A stretch of DNA of 64,000 nucleotides from Nostoc sp. DedSLP01 (GCA_034530875.2 JAVRCJ020000011.1:32001-96000), one strand, 5' to 3'; positions 1 through 10,319 are shown, counted from the first letter of the stretch. Translations and numbers: made by a program. The notes: a model not told the origin generated them from the letters alone.

Positions 1-2
1 CA

Positions 3-407
3 GAACTACAAAATATTTTGCAGCAAATTCAGGATATTTACTTAGAAGGGCCGATTGTCAATGGCTGGTTAGAATCAAATGCTCGCGAACCAGAGCCAGG
101 GGGAACTGCAACACTCCGTCATGCAGAAATCGATCGCCTCATGAACTATGTGGAAGAAATTTGTACCAATGGTGGGAAAGTATCCTTTCAATCATCTGCG
201 ACTAGCTATCGTCTGTGTGGTGTGGATGATTCTGGTAAAGTTTGGTCGCGGCCATGCCCGGCGGATCAGCTTCCTACTGTTAGTATAGCGATCGCTCGTT
301 ATCAAAAGCTACGTCTACTATTAGGGCGTAAGCAATCATTAGAAACGCGTCTGGCTCAACTTGCTCAAAATCTTGTAGTTTTACATAGCCAGATGCAACA
401 AATATAA
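3..407 (+). CDS. Conserved cyanobacterial hypothetical protein, 5'-truncated by the window edge
   Basis: The frame is open from position 3 (ELQNILQQIQDIYLEGPIVNGWLES...) to TAA at 405-407; no function recognised. Confidence 0.7.
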   Translation, partial: ELQNILQQIQDIYLEGPIVNGWLESNAREPEPGGTATLRHAEIDRLMNYVEEICTNGGKVSFQSSATSYRLCGVDDSGKVWSRPCPADQLPTVSIAIARYQKLRLLLGRKQSLETRLAQLAQNLVVLHSQMQQI

Positions 408-540
408 AGCTTTAGAGATTATTTCCGAAGAAACTCGGTTGGTGGGTAGATAAATTTTGGTTTAGATTAACGAACAGCAAATTTGCTTTAGATTTAAGAT
501 TTTAATCAAAAATCCAAATCTAAAATCCTAAATTAAATTT

Positions 541-1470
541 ATGCCAGATATTCAAATCTCTGCCATTATCTGTACCCACAATCGAGATGCCTATTTAGGG
601 GCTGCAATTGATAGCCTTTTAGCGCAGGATTTTGCTGCTAATTTTGAAGTTGTAGTAGTTGATAATGGGTCTAGCGATCGCACTCGTGAAGTAGTAGAAC
701 AAAGGGCTAACGATCCTCGCCTGAAGTATGTCTTTGAACCCACTATCGGTTTATCTGTCGCCCGCAACACGGGTGCAAGAGTGGCTAGTGGCGATATTTT
801 AGCTTATCTTGATGATGATGCTGTTGCGAGCAAGGGCTGGCTACAAGTTTTATATTTTGCCTATTACAATAACTCTAAACTAGCGATCGCAGGTGGCAAA
901 GTCACTCTCATCTGGCCTGAAGGAATCCAACAACCACGCTGGCTATCTCCAGGACTAGCTGGAAATCTGGGTGCATACGACTTGGGTGACAATATTATCT
1001 ACATTGAGCAACCTGGCTCAACACCGAGAGGCTTAAATTACTCCATTCGTCGCAGTTTTTTAGAAGAAATTGGAGGTTTCGACCCTCATCTTGGTCGAGT
1101 CGGGAAAAATTTATTATCTAATGAAGAACTACAAATGACCGAATTTGCCTTACAACGAGGTTGGCAAGTCGCTTATATTCCCGAAGCACTAGTCGCTCAT
1201 AATGTTGCGCCAGAACGCCTGCAACGCTCTTGGTTTTTAAACCGAGGCTGGTGGCAAGGTATTAGTGAATGCTATCGAGAGCAACTCGCTGGTAAAGCTG
1301 GTATCGCTCAGTTGCGGCGAGGTGGCGAACGATTTTTGCGTGGCTTGTATAAGGCATTACAATATTTTTCAGATCCAGCAGAACGGTTTGACAAACTTGT
1401 GTATGCTTACGGTCAGATTGGCTACTTAAATGCCGCCATTCAAGGTCTTTTATCCATATCCAAGAAATAA
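541..1470 (+). CDS. GT2 family glycosyltransferase, probably polysaccharide (hps-like) biosynthesis
   Basis: ISAIICTHNR, VVVDNGSSD and YLDDD (DxD) GT-A motifs; clustered with a second GT2 and an acetyltransferase. Confidence 0.9.
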   Translation: MPDIQISAIICTHNRDAYLGAAIDSLLAQDFAANFEVVVVDNGSSDRTREVVEQRANDPRLKYVFEPTIGLSVARNTGARVASGDILAYLDDDAVASKGWLQVLYFAYYNNSKLAIAGGKVTLIWPEGIQQPRWLSPGLAGNLGAYDLGDNIIYIEQPGSTPRGLNYSIRRSFLEEIGGFDPHLGRVGKNLLSNEELQMTEFALQRGWQVAYIPEALVAHNVAPERLQRSWFLNRGWWQGISECYREQLAGKAGIAQLRRGGERFLRGLYKALQYFSDPAERFDKLVYAYGQIGYLNAAIQGLLSISKK

Positions 1471-1716
1471 ATAGGAGTCAGAATTGAGAAGTCAGAATTC
1501 AGAATTCAGAATACTTTGGACGTTCGACATTCAAGCATCACCTGATTGTGGACTTCAAAATTTACAATTTCAATAAAGTTTTCAACTTTTATATTTGTTT
1601 GCCATTAGTGACTCCAATCAATTCTGAATTCTAATTTTTCAATTTTTACTCCTTAATTCTGAATTCTTACTCCTGACTCCTGAATTCTTTTTCCAATAAC
1701 ATAAACTATACTCATT

Positions 1717-2661
1717 ATGTCATCTAAAATACCAGTTTCTGTTTTAATTCCAGCGAAAAACGAACAAGCTAACTTACCGGCTTGTCTCACTAGCCTCAGC
1801 AAAGCAGATGAAATATTTGTAGTCGATTCTCAAAGTAGCGATAAGAGTATTGAAATCGCTGAAAGTTATGGTGCAAATGTCGTTCAATTTAAATTCAATG
1901 GACATTGGCCGAAAAAGAAAAATTGGTCTTTAGAGAATCTACCTTTTCGTAACGAATGGGTACTAATTGTAGATTGCGATGAACGCATCACCCCGGAACT
2001 TTGGGAAGAAATTGATCAAGCAATTCAGGACGATGAGTATACAGGTTATTATCTCAATCGCCGGGTATTTTTCTTAGGAAAATGGATTCGCTACGGTGGT
2101 AAATATCCTGATTGGAATCTGCGTTTATTTAAGCACAAAAAAGGGCGGTACGAAAATCTACATACCGAAGATATTCCCAACACTGGTGACAACGAAGTTC
2201 ACGAACATGTGATTTTGGATGGGAAAGTTGGCTATCTGAAAAATGATATGCTCCACGAAGACTTCCGCGACCTTTACCACTGGTTAGAACGTCATAACCG
2301 CTATTCAAATTGGGAAGCCCGCGTTTATTATAATATTCTGACAGGTCAAGATGATAGCGGTACTATCGGTGCAAATTTATTTGGTGATGCAGTACAACGC
2401 AAAAGATTTTTGAAAAAAGTATGGGTACGTTTGCCATTTAAACCACTCTTACGGTTTATTTTATTTTATATAATCCAACGCGGTTTTTTGGATGGCAAAG
2501 CGGGATATATATATGGACGTTTGCTGAGTCAATATGAATATCAAATTGGCGTTAAACTTTACGAATTGCGAAACTGTGGCGGTCATCTAAATACTGCTAG
2601 TGCGCCAAAGCAGGGAGATGGGGCGATTAGGGAAATGAGACAGATGAGTGAGATAGGGTGA
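1717..2661 (+). CDS. GT2 family glycosyltransferase
   Basis: VSVLIPAKNE, VVDSQSSD, VDCDE and VHEH motifs. Confidence 0.9.
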   Translation: MSSKIPVSVLIPAKNEQANLPACLTSLSKADEIFVVDSQSSDKSIEIAESYGANVVQFKFNGHWPKKKNWSLENLPFRNEWVLIVDCDERITPELWEEIDQAIQDDEYTGYYLNRRVFFLGKWIRYGGKYPDWNLRLFKHKKGRYENLHTEDIPNTGDNEVHEHVILDGKVGYLKNDMLHEDFRDLYHWLERHNRYSNWEARVYYNILTGQDDSGTIGANLFGDAVQRKRFLKKVWVRLPFKPLLRFILFYIIQRGFLDGKAGYIYGRLLSQYEYQIGVKLYELRNCGGHLNTASAPKQGDGAIREMRQMSEIG

Positions 2662-2808
2662 TGAGGGGGACGCGGGGACGCAAAGAAAGAGGCGGGGAGG
2701 CAGGGGAAAAGGTTAAAGGGAAAAGGAATAAATTTAATCTTTCCCCCTTACCCCTTTCCCTTTCCCCATTCCTATGCCCAATGCCCAATGACTAATGACT
2801 AATAACTA

Positions 2809-3390
2809 ATGACTAATGACAAACCTTTCGTAGATTTGAGTAAATACGACCAATCTTGGTTCGATCGCGGGCGTCCGGGTTGGTATATTTTATTATGGTG
2901 GTTTGTACAAGCGATCGCCTTTCCTTTGACACCTCAACCGTTAAATATTCTACGTTGCACCATACTACGATTATTTGGCGCTCGTGTCGGCAAAGGCGTA
3001 TTTATTCGACCCACTGCCCGCTTTACTTACCCTTGGAAAGTTACCATTGGCGACTACAGTTGGATTGGAGATAACGTAGTTTTATACAGCCTCGATCGCA
3101 TTAACATCGGGGAACATTGCGTAATTTCCCAGAAAAGTTACCTTTGTACTGGCAGTCATGATATCCAAGACCCTACCTTTGGCTTGAAAACAGCAACTAT
3201 TAATATTGAGAATGGTGTATGGGTGGCGGCAGATTGTTTCGTTGGCCCGGGAGTACAAATTGGAGCTAATGCTGTGATTGGCGCTCGTAGTAGTGTTTTT
3301 ACTAGTATGCCCTCCGGACAAATTTGTTGGGGAAGTCCCTGTCGCCCGCATAAAGCTCGGCTAAAACTCGAGTCCGCTATAACTTCGTAA
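2809..3390 (+). CDS. hpsU: WcaF-like hexapeptide-repeat acetyltransferase (hormogonium polysaccharide acetyltransferase HpsU-like)
   Basis: Left-handed beta-helix repeats (IGDYSWIGDNV, IGEHCVISQ, IGANAVIGARS), CTGSHD motif and YDQSWFDRGRP N-terminus. The symbol is from recalled family similarity. Confidence 0.7.
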   Translation: MTNDKPFVDLSKYDQSWFDRGRPGWYILLWWFVQAIAFPLTPQPLNILRCTILRLFGARVGKGVFIRPTARFTYPWKVTIGDYSWIGDNVVLYSLDRINIGEHCVISQKSYLCTGSHDIQDPTFGLKTATINIENGVWVAADCFVGPGVQIGANAVIGARSSVFTSMPSGQICWGSPCRPHKARLKLESAITS

Positions 3391-3406
3391 TTTTATCGCT
3401 AGAGAT

Positions 3407-3440
3407 TGTAGGGTAGCACAGCTAGCTGTGCTACCCTACA
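3407..3440. repeat. REP-like palindrome / possible terminator
   Basis: TGTAGGGTAGCACAGC-TA-GCTGTGCTACCCTACA, a perfect inverted repeat just downstream of the acetyltransferase. Confidence 0.75.
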
Positions 3441-3550
3441 TTTTTCATATCTATAATTCTAGTCCTCAGTCCAGCCCTAAATAGAAACCCTGTTGATTCA
3501 TTGCTCTGAACAATCAATATTTTCATCACATATCTGACTACGGCTCTAAT

Positions 3551-3672
3551 ATAGGACTCATATTTGATTTGGTGAAAAAAAATCCGTACACCCAAAAATC
3601 ACTCTTTTCTACTCCCCACTCCTTACTCCCTGCCTACACAGATAATTTCAAAAATCAAACCGGATTCTTATA
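3551..3672. mobile_element. MITE-like element with imperfect TIRs and an internal STRR-like tract
   Basis: ATAGGACTCATATTTGATT ... AATCAAACCGGATTCTTAT ends enclosing ACTCCCC-type repeats. Confidence 0.5.
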
Positions 3673-3713
3673 CTATATTTTTATTCTTTTATAGTTTTTA
3701 ATTAAATTTAGAT

Positions 3714-3793
3714 GTAGAGACGTTGCATTGCAACGTCTCTATCAGGGTTTTAATATTATGCATAATTGTTTTCATACATCAAATCAACAATGC
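3714..3793. repeat. Truncated copy of the MITE at 33613-33719, containing a GAGACGTTGCA-TGCAACGTCTC palindrome
   Basis: Shares the palindrome and the 3' end (ATACATCAAATCAnCAAnGCC) with 33640-33719. Confidence 0.65.
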
Positions 3794-3962
3794 CAGATTT
3801 TAAATTCGTAGAGTACACCAACTAGGCTTTAAAACTAGGCAGGTTATGGAGATAGTTTACTTTTAATTAAATATTTTTACTTTCAAGTACATAATTCGTG
3901 CATATCTTAAAAATTTGGCAGAAGATGTGATATCCCAAATCAACTAGCCAGGAGATAGTGCC

Positions 3963-4388
3963 GTGATTATTGAAACAACTACTAAATTATCTAGCGATCG
4001 CCAATTACTTCCAGGACATGGAGAATTAATTTTAGTTGCTGATGATGATGATTCAATTCGAGAAACTACTAAATTTTGCTTGGAAGAAAATGGCTACAAG
4101 GTATTAGAGGCTAATGATGGTATGGATGCGATCGCATTATATACAAAACATCAACCAGAAATTAGTGCCCTGTTAATTGATATGATGATGCCATCCATAG
4201 ATGGGCCGACAACTATCAATATTTTGCAAAAAATTAATCCAGACATCAAAATTATTGGCGTTAGTGGGCTACCCTCAAATCATCAAATGATTAAAATCCT
4301 TGGTAACAGCATCAAAACCTTTTTGTCTAAGCCCTACACTTCATCCGATTTGTTAGCAAATTTACAGATAGTTCTTAATACAAAGTAG
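3963..4388 (+). CDS. Single-domain response regulator (receiver)
   Basis: ILVADDD, LIDMMMP (phospho-Asp), VSG and SKPY motifs. Confidence 0.9.
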   Translation: MIIETTTKLSSDRQLLPGHGELILVADDDDSIRETTKFCLEENGYKVLEANDGMDAIALYTKHQPEISALLIDMMMPSIDGPTTINILQKINPDIKIIGVSGLPSNHQMIKILGNSIKTFLSKPYTSSDLLANLQIVLNTK

Positions 4389-4528
4389 GTTTGTTATTGG
4401 TCATTAGTTTTTCTCACGTCCCCGCATCTTCCCCAGTCACCAGTCACCGATCCCCAATCCCTAAACCCCAATCCCCACGCCCAATGAGTGATAATATATT
4501 TTCATGGCTGCTCTAATCCCTGCTATTG

Positions 4529-5017
4529 ATGAACAAAATATTGGATGAAACGTTGTCAATTGAAATTGCTCAACGCATAAAAAGCAGAGCTAGTACCCCG
4601 TTTGATAATGCTTACAAAGCAGCATTGTCCACCGAAGGAGCAAGGTATGTTCAGGGATTTTTAACTTTTCCTGGAAAGCCATACAGACCAATCGAACACA
4701 GTTGGATTGAACTAGGCAATACTTCCAGCGATGACTCCCCTATACGCATTGTCGATCCGACATTGCCGCATTTGAAAAAAAATCCTCAAGAACTCTGGTA
4801 TTTTGCTGCACAAAAACTAGCAGTAAAAAAACTGAAAGCCATCATTGAAGAATCAAAAGAAGATTATCCAGAAGACGATCCGTTACCTATCTATGGTGAC
4901 CCACCTTATGAATATTACGGTGATGTAATGTTGGGCGGTCAAGACTATTTGACAGCATTTCAAGCAGCAGAAGCCAAGTGTAAAGAAATCAATCAACTTA
5001 ACCCTGATAGAAATTAA
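4529..5017 (+). CDS. Conserved hypothetical protein
   Basis: 162-aa ORF with an EHSWIE...IVDPT motif; function not recognised. Confidence 0.75.
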   Translation: MNKILDETLSIEIAQRIKSRASTPFDNAYKAALSTEGARYVQGFLTFPGKPYRPIEHSWIELGNTSSDDSPIRIVDPTLPHLKKNPQELWYFAAQKLAVKKLKAIIEESKEDYPEDDPLPIYGDPPYEYYGDVMLGGQDYLTAFQAAEAKCKEINQLNPDRN

Positions 5018-5186
5018 TACAATTTTGAATTTTAGATTTTAGATTTTGGATTGGGAATCTAGTTGAAGGGTTACTTTTACTTGTTTAGTCAGTCGTCAAA
5101 AAAAAGAAATTCAATTCTGATACTAAGTTGCCCTCTAAAGATAATATTCCTACTCCCTATTCCCTACTCGCCACTCCCACCGTATT

Positions 5187-5585
5187 TTAATACGATTTTC
5201 CATCGCTACCAAAATATTCCCGATAGCCGCAAATTTTGTCTTTGCGCACATCAAAGGAAACTGCTACTCTATTTTTGTATGGCTGTCCGAATAAAAGTCC
5301 TTCATCGCGAAATTCAAAGACAACCGTTGTTTCATTGCTAGTAACACGGTCTAGACCAGTCAGCTTTAAACCAGGACTAAAGGATTCAGAAACATACTCG
5401 AAAAATTCTTTAGCTCGGTCTTTTCCCACATTTAAACCGTGGAATTTTCCCATAGGAAACCAAAAGGTAAAATCTTCTGTAAACATATCTAACAATGCTT
5501 CCCATTCCCCTGTTGCCGTACCGTGGATCAGATTCTCAAATGCTTGCCGACCAACTTTTAAAGTATTTTCTGAATCTTGTGTCAT
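5187..5585 (-). CDS. SnoaL/NTF2-like (ketosteroid isomerase-like) protein
   Basis: FTEDFTFWFP and VSFDVRKDKICGYREYF; likely start is ATG 5585 (MTQDSE), just downstream of the dehydrogenase. Confidence 0.85.
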   Translation of the reverse strand: MTQDSENTLKVGRQAFENLIHGTATGEWEALLDMFTEDFTFWFPMGKFHGLNVGKDRAKEFFEYVSESFSPGLKLTGLDRVTSNETTVVFEFRDEGLLFGQPYKNRVAVSFDVRKDKICGYREYFGSDGKSY

Positions 5586-5623
5586 TCTCACCCTCGACTG
5601 AATATAAAGTAATATCGTATTAC

Positions 5624-6631
5624 TTAAAACCTCACCACTACTTTGCCACAATTGTGACCGCCCAAGAGATATTCTACAGCGTTGGGAATTGATTCTATGC
5701 CTTGAAATTGTGCTGGGTCAACGGCGACTTTGATTTTGTCAGTGTAGAACAAGTTTAAGAGGCGATCGCGTGCTTCTGCTATATATTCTTTGTAATGAGG
5801 CATGAGAAAGGCTCTCACAGAAGCTGCTTTCCAAAATAGCTGGTGATAAAGGCGTGGCTGTGTAATTTCTTCTATATTTTTTGCGTATTCGGAGATAAAA
5901 CCAACGACTATTAAGCGTCCCCGTACTGCTAAGTTTTCAACGCAGGTATCAAAAACTTGTTTGCCTACACAGTCGAAAATTAAATTAATACCATTAGGGT
6001 ATTCTTGCTTGAGGACGCGATCGAGGTTTTCTGTGCGATAGTTGATAATGCGATCGCACCCTAATTCTCTTAGTAAATTTGCCTTCGCCTCAGAACTGCA
6101 AGTACCAATAACATTATTACCAGCTAGCTTTGCCAATTGCACCGCAATATGACCAGTTCCCCCTGCTGCTGCTGTTACTAAAACCACTTCATTACTTTTC
6201 ATTTCTCCTACTTGTTCCAATGCAACCAAAGCTGATACACCTGTAGGTATTAGTGTTAATACCTCTGGCGTTGCTTCACGCACCTTTACTGCTAAGTTTG
6301 CATTGATAACCTGATATTCTCGATAACCCCCACCACGCGCTGTAGTTATGACAGCATCACCTACTTGAAAATCTTTAATATTTTCACCTATGGCAACAAC
6401 TATTCCCACAGCTTCTACACCTAAATCAAAGGGGGGAATTAAGTTAACATAAGGAACTTCTCCACGACAAAGTAATGTGTCAAAGCCACCGTTCACGCCA
6501 GCAAATTTGTTTTGAATTAGAAGTTCATTAGTAGCAGGTGTGGGAAGAGGAATTTCGACAATTTCAACGGCAGATTTAAAATTTGGGTTAAGTTGCTTAG
6601 CTATTAACTTTTTGTAAGTTTTTACGTTCAT
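5624..6631 (-). CDS. MDR-family NADP-dependent oxidoreductase (prostaglandin reductase-3-like)
   Basis: AGVNGGFD, TAAAGGTG nucleotide-binding motif and GKVVV C-terminus. Confidence 0.88.
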   Translation of the reverse strand: MNVKTYKKLIAKQLNPNFKSAVEIVEIPLPTPATNELLIQNKFAGVNGGFDTLLCRGEVPYVNLIPPFDLGVEAVGIVVAIGENIKDFQVGDAVITTARGGGYREYQVINANLAVKVREATPEVLTLIPTGVSALVALEQVGEMKSNEVVLVTAAAGGTGHIAVQLAKLAGNNVIGTCSSEAKANLLRELGCDRIINYRTENLDRVLKQEYPNGINLIFDCVGKQVFDTCVENLAVRGRLIVVGFISEYAKNIEEITQPRLYHQLFWKAASVRAFLMPHYKEYIAEARDRLLNLFYTDKIKVAVDPAQFQGIESIPNAVEYLLGGHNCGKVVVRF

Positions 6632-6772
6632 TCTAAATCTTAAGTTTACCTAACTCATCAATTATTATTTTTAATGTCAGTTGAGATATGGGGATAATAA
6701 AAGGAAAGAGCAAGAACTTCAGCCCTTACTACAATCCTTCGTTATCAAGCCTTCTAACAGTTAAAATTAAGC

Positions 6773-7594
6773 TTATAAAGCTTTATCCCACTCTAATTGA
6801 TGAGCTAAACCATATTTGATAAAATCTTCTACTTCAGCTTTATCGCTTTTACCAAAAACACCTAAGCTGTAAGGGTTGTCTTGCATACGTCGTGTAACTT
6901 CCTCTTTCTCAAATTGCCTCACTTCTTCTCTAGGGCGATCTGGTTTAAAAAAGTCTATAACCAAAACGGTTCTATCATAATTAGTATAATTATGCGGACA
7001 GTGGGGATAGCTATGATCTAAAACCATAATTTCTCCTTCATGCCAATAAAGTTGTTCGTGGCATATTTTCATAGCTATATCTCCCTCTGGCACAATTAAT
7101 CCTAAATAGCCCCGATTTGTATGAAGGTTATAGTTCACGTGTAGCTTGATATCTAAGCCTGGATGAAATGTCCCAAAATACGCATTTCTGATGATTTCAT
7201 CATGATGAAAGTTAACTTTTTCTATTATCTTAGCCAAATTTGGGAAATATTTTTCTCTTAATGTAAGTGCTTTTTGGGATGCATCATCTGACCCAATATC
7301 GGGATATTGTATTTGATGAACTTGAATATATTTATCAATAAAAAGACCTTGAAATAAAATACCAAAAGCACTGTATTTAGAATTGCCCTTTGTTTTAATT
7401 GTTTTATTTTTAGGGCCGAGAACATCGTAAGTAAGTTTTAATTCTTCAGCAGATGCATTTTTTATAAAATTTGTAAATTCATCTCTAATTACTTGCCAGT
7501 TTTCTTGGAAGCTTTTGAGAAAAGGAAATTGCTCTGGGTCTAGATGATATTCGTTAAAACTTTCCATTGTCTTTTCTCCAGAAAATGATTTCAT
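6773..7594 (-). CDS. Aspartyl/asparaginyl beta-hydroxylase-like Fe(II)/2OG oxygenase
   Basis: FQENWQVIRDE, FHPGLDIKLH, LGLIVP, WHEGEIMVLDHSYPH and RTVLVID match the Asp_Arg_Hydrox pattern. Confidence 0.75.
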   Translation of the reverse strand: MKSFSGEKTMESFNEYHLDPEQFPFLKSFQENWQVIRDEFTNFIKNASAEELKLTYDVLGPKNKTIKTKGNSKYSAFGILFQGLFIDKYIQVHQIQYPDIGSDDASQKALTLREKYFPNLAKIIEKVNFHHDEIIRNAYFGTFHPGLDIKLHVNYNLHTNRGYLGLIVPEGDIAMKICHEQLYWHEGEIMVLDHSYPHCPHNYTNYDRTVLVIDFFKPDRPREEVRQFEKEEVTRRMQDNPYSLGVFGKSDKAEVEDFIKYGLAHQLEWDKAL

Positions 7595-7684
7595 AAAAAA
7601 CTATTACATGATGATGGTATTTGCTCTGCGTCCCGGTAGGATGTGTAAATTCCTAACTAAACTCATTTTAGTGTGAGGTCTACT

Positions 7685-9154
7685 GTGTCTGAAACTTCCC
7701 TATTAGATAGAGTTATCAAAAATGTGCGGGTAGTTCGTCCCCATGATGATGCGATAGCACTACTTGATTTAGGAATTAAGGATGGGAAATTTGCTCAGAT
7801 TGCTTCTAATATTAGCCCAGACACAGCTAAAGAGGTATTTGATGGCAAAAATTTACTGGCATTTCCTGGGGTTGTGGATGCCCACATGCACATCGGTATT
7901 TATCAGCCACTCGACAAAGATGCTGTAACAGAAAGTAAAGCCGCAGCAATGGGAGGTGTGACTACTAGTTTAAATTACATCCGCACAGGGCAGTATTATC
8001 TCAATAAAGGTGGTTCTTATCAAGATTTTTTTCCAGAGGTATTGGCATTATCCGCAGGTAATTTTTTTGTCGATTACAGCTACCACGTTGCGCCTATAGC
8101 AAAGCAGCATATTGACGAAATACCTTTATTGTTTGAGGAACACGGTGTATCTTCGTTTAAAATATTCATGTTTTATGGTGGCTATGGATTGCATGGTTTG
8201 TCAGACCGGCAAAACCTTTTTTTGATGATTAATAAAGAGGAAAGATACGATTTTGCCCATTTTGAATTTATTATGCGCGGTCTAACTCGCTTGATGGAAA
8301 AATATCCCCAAGCGCGAGATACTATCAGCTTGAGTTTGCATTGCGAAGTTGCAGAAATTCTTAACGCTTATACCAAAATAGTCGAAAATGATTCTAGCCT
8401 TAGCGGACTGCACGCTTACAGTGCAGCGCGTCCTCCCCATTCCGAAGGTTTAGCAATTTGCATTGCTTCTTATTTAGCGCATGAAACTAACTGTGTAAAT
8501 ATTAATTTGTTACACCTAAGTTCGCGTAAGGCAATGGAAGCAGCTTTGACTATGCAAACTGCTTTTCCTCATATCAATTTTCGCCGCGAAGTTACTGTCG
8601 GACATTTACTATTAGATGTCGATACTCCTAATACAATTTGGGCAAAAGTAAATCCGCCTATCCGTCCTCGTGCCGATGTTGAATACTTATGGCAAGCAGT
8701 ACTTAATAATCAAGTAGATTGGATAGTTAGCGACCATGCTTGTTGTTCTGCTGAACAAAAAAGAAGTGCTAAAGACCCGAATAATATTTGGTTAGCAAAA
8801 TCTGGTTTTGGCGGTACAGAATATCTACTTTCTGGTGTAATTAGTGAAGGTAGCAAGCGGGGAATGTCTTACAACCATATTGCTAAGTTGCTATCTTGGA
8901 ACCCATCGCGGCGTTTTGGTTTGTTAGAAAAAGGTGATATTGCTATTGGCTATGATGCTGATTTGGTATTAGTAGACCCCAACGAAACCTTTGTGGTACG
9001 TGCTGCTGAGTCGGAGTCACAACAAGGCTATACACCATTTGAAGGTGTAGAGTTAACCGGAAGGGTAAAGAGTACTTTTTTACGTGGAAATCTTATTTAT
9101 AATAACGGAGAGGTTTTAGGTTCGCCTACTGGACGTTATTTAAAAAGAAATTAG
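7685..9154 (+). CDS. Cyclic amidohydrolase (allantoinase/dihydroorotase/hydantoinase family)
   Basis: DAHMH, FKIFM (carbamylated Lys), LHCE, LHLS and SDHA metal ligands. GTG 7685 follows a GAGG; GTG 7673 is an alternative start. Confidence 0.88.
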   Translation: MSETSLLDRVIKNVRVVRPHDDAIALLDLGIKDGKFAQIASNISPDTAKEVFDGKNLLAFPGVVDAHMHIGIYQPLDKDAVTESKAAAMGGVTTSLNYIRTGQYYLNKGGSYQDFFPEVLALSAGNFFVDYSYHVAPIAKQHIDEIPLLFEEHGVSSFKIFMFYGGYGLHGLSDRQNLFLMINKEERYDFAHFEFIMRGLTRLMEKYPQARDTISLSLHCEVAEILNAYTKIVENDSSLSGLHAYSAARPPHSEGLAICIASYLAHETNCVNINLLHLSSRKAMEAALTMQTAFPHINFRREVTVGHLLLDVDTPNTIWAKVNPPIRPRADVEYLWQAVLNNQVDWIVSDHACCSAEQKRSAKDPNNIWLAKSGFGGTEYLLSGVISEGSKRGMSYNHIAKLLSWNPSRRFGLLEKGDIAIGYDADLVLVDPNETFVVRAAESESQQGYTPFEGVELTGRVKSTFLRGNLIYNNGEVLGSPTGRYLKRN

Positions 9155-9213
9155 AATTATCTCCACAGAAATTTGATTGCTAAAATTAAGTAGTCAGTAG
9201 AATGAATCTCAAA

Positions 9214-9675
9214 TTATTTGCGATCGTCTAGGATGACATCAAAGTGTTTAACTGTGGTTTCTGGTTTGATAAGATATTCTTTATCTCTAGGAAGAGGTCT
9301 GACTTTTTCAATATCATTACCAGCAAACTTACGAATGGCATCGAGTGATTCCCAATAAGAGATAACAGTAAATTCTGTATTATTGTTATCAGTACGACGA
9401 AGTACTTGCACTCCTAAATTCCCAGGAATTGATTCAATTTTTTTAATTCCAGCTTCTACCAAATAAGCATAGTATTCATCTGATTTTGATGCTAGTGTCG
9501 TACCATGCCAAATGCGTGCAACTATTTTCTTAGATTGGTTGCTAGCAGGATTATTTGGTACAGTTTGTGCTGAAACTGTAAACGTTTCAAGCTGCACAAA
9601 TGAAGCCAGTGGCAAAATCAAAACTGAAATAGCTAATCCACAAAGAGTACTAAAAAAATTACTTTGTCTAATCAT
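9214..9675 (-). CDS. ABM-like dimeric alpha+beta barrel protein with an N-terminal signal-like segment
   Basis: ARIWHG...IPGNLGVQVLR...ISYWESLDAIRKFAG; hydrophobic N-terminus. Confidence 0.7.
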   Translation of the reverse strand: MIRQSNFFSTLCGLAISVLILPLASFVQLETFTVSAQTVPNNPASNQSKKIVARIWHGTTLASKSDEYYAYLVEAGIKKIESIPGNLGVQVLRRTDNNNTEFTVISYWESLDAIRKFAGNDIEKVRPLPRDKEYLIKPETTVKHFDVILDDRK

Positions 9676-9731
9676 GAGGCATCTCCAGTTTCGTATTTTA
9701 TTTCGTTCTCAGTATTTATTAATTAAGAAAA

Positions 9732-10319
9732 CTACATAATTTTTTGTAAATTCAACACAAATCCAGGTAAAACATTTTCCCCTGATAAACTACTAGGATT
9801 GTTTAATATCTCTACATCTTTGCCTGGACGATAAATTTCTACTCGCTTGTTTTTACGGTCAATTAACCAACCTAATTGAGCACAATTTTCGATATACTCT
9901 TGCATTTTTTCTTGCAAATCTTTTAGAGAATCGCTAGGAGAACGTAACTCTACTACAAAATCAGGACAAATCGGAGCAAATTTTTCTTGTTGTTCTGCGG
10001 TTAAAGCATTCCATCGCTCAATTTTTACCCAAGAAGCATCGGGAGAACGTTCTGCACCATTGGGAAGTTTGAAGCCAGCAGATGGGCCAAATACCTCACC
10101 TAAATTATTTTGCTCGTTCCAAATATCTAACTGTGTAGTGATTTTGACGTTGCGTCTATCTGTATCACTGCCTGATGGCGTCATTATTACTATTTCACCT
10201 GATGCTGTGCGCTCAAATCTATAATTACTATTTTTTTGGCACATTTGGAAGAACTGTTCATCACTCAAATCAATTTTTAATTTGAGGGTAGAAGGTAAGG
10301 TGACTGTAGTAGCGTTCAT
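9732..10319 (-). CDS. Uma2 family endonuclease-like protein
   Basis: RSPDASW, CPDFVVELRSPSD and LGWLID motifs. Confidence 0.92.
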   Translation of the reverse strand: MNATTVTLPSTLKLKIDLSDEQFFQMCQKNSNYRFERTASGEIVIMTPSGSDTDRRNVKITTQLDIWNEQNNLGEVFGPSAGFKLPNGAERSPDASWVKIERWNALTAEQQEKFAPICPDFVVELRSPSDSLKDLQEKMQEYIENCAQLGWLIDRKNKRVEIYRPGKDVEILNNPSSLSGENVLPGFVLNLQKIM

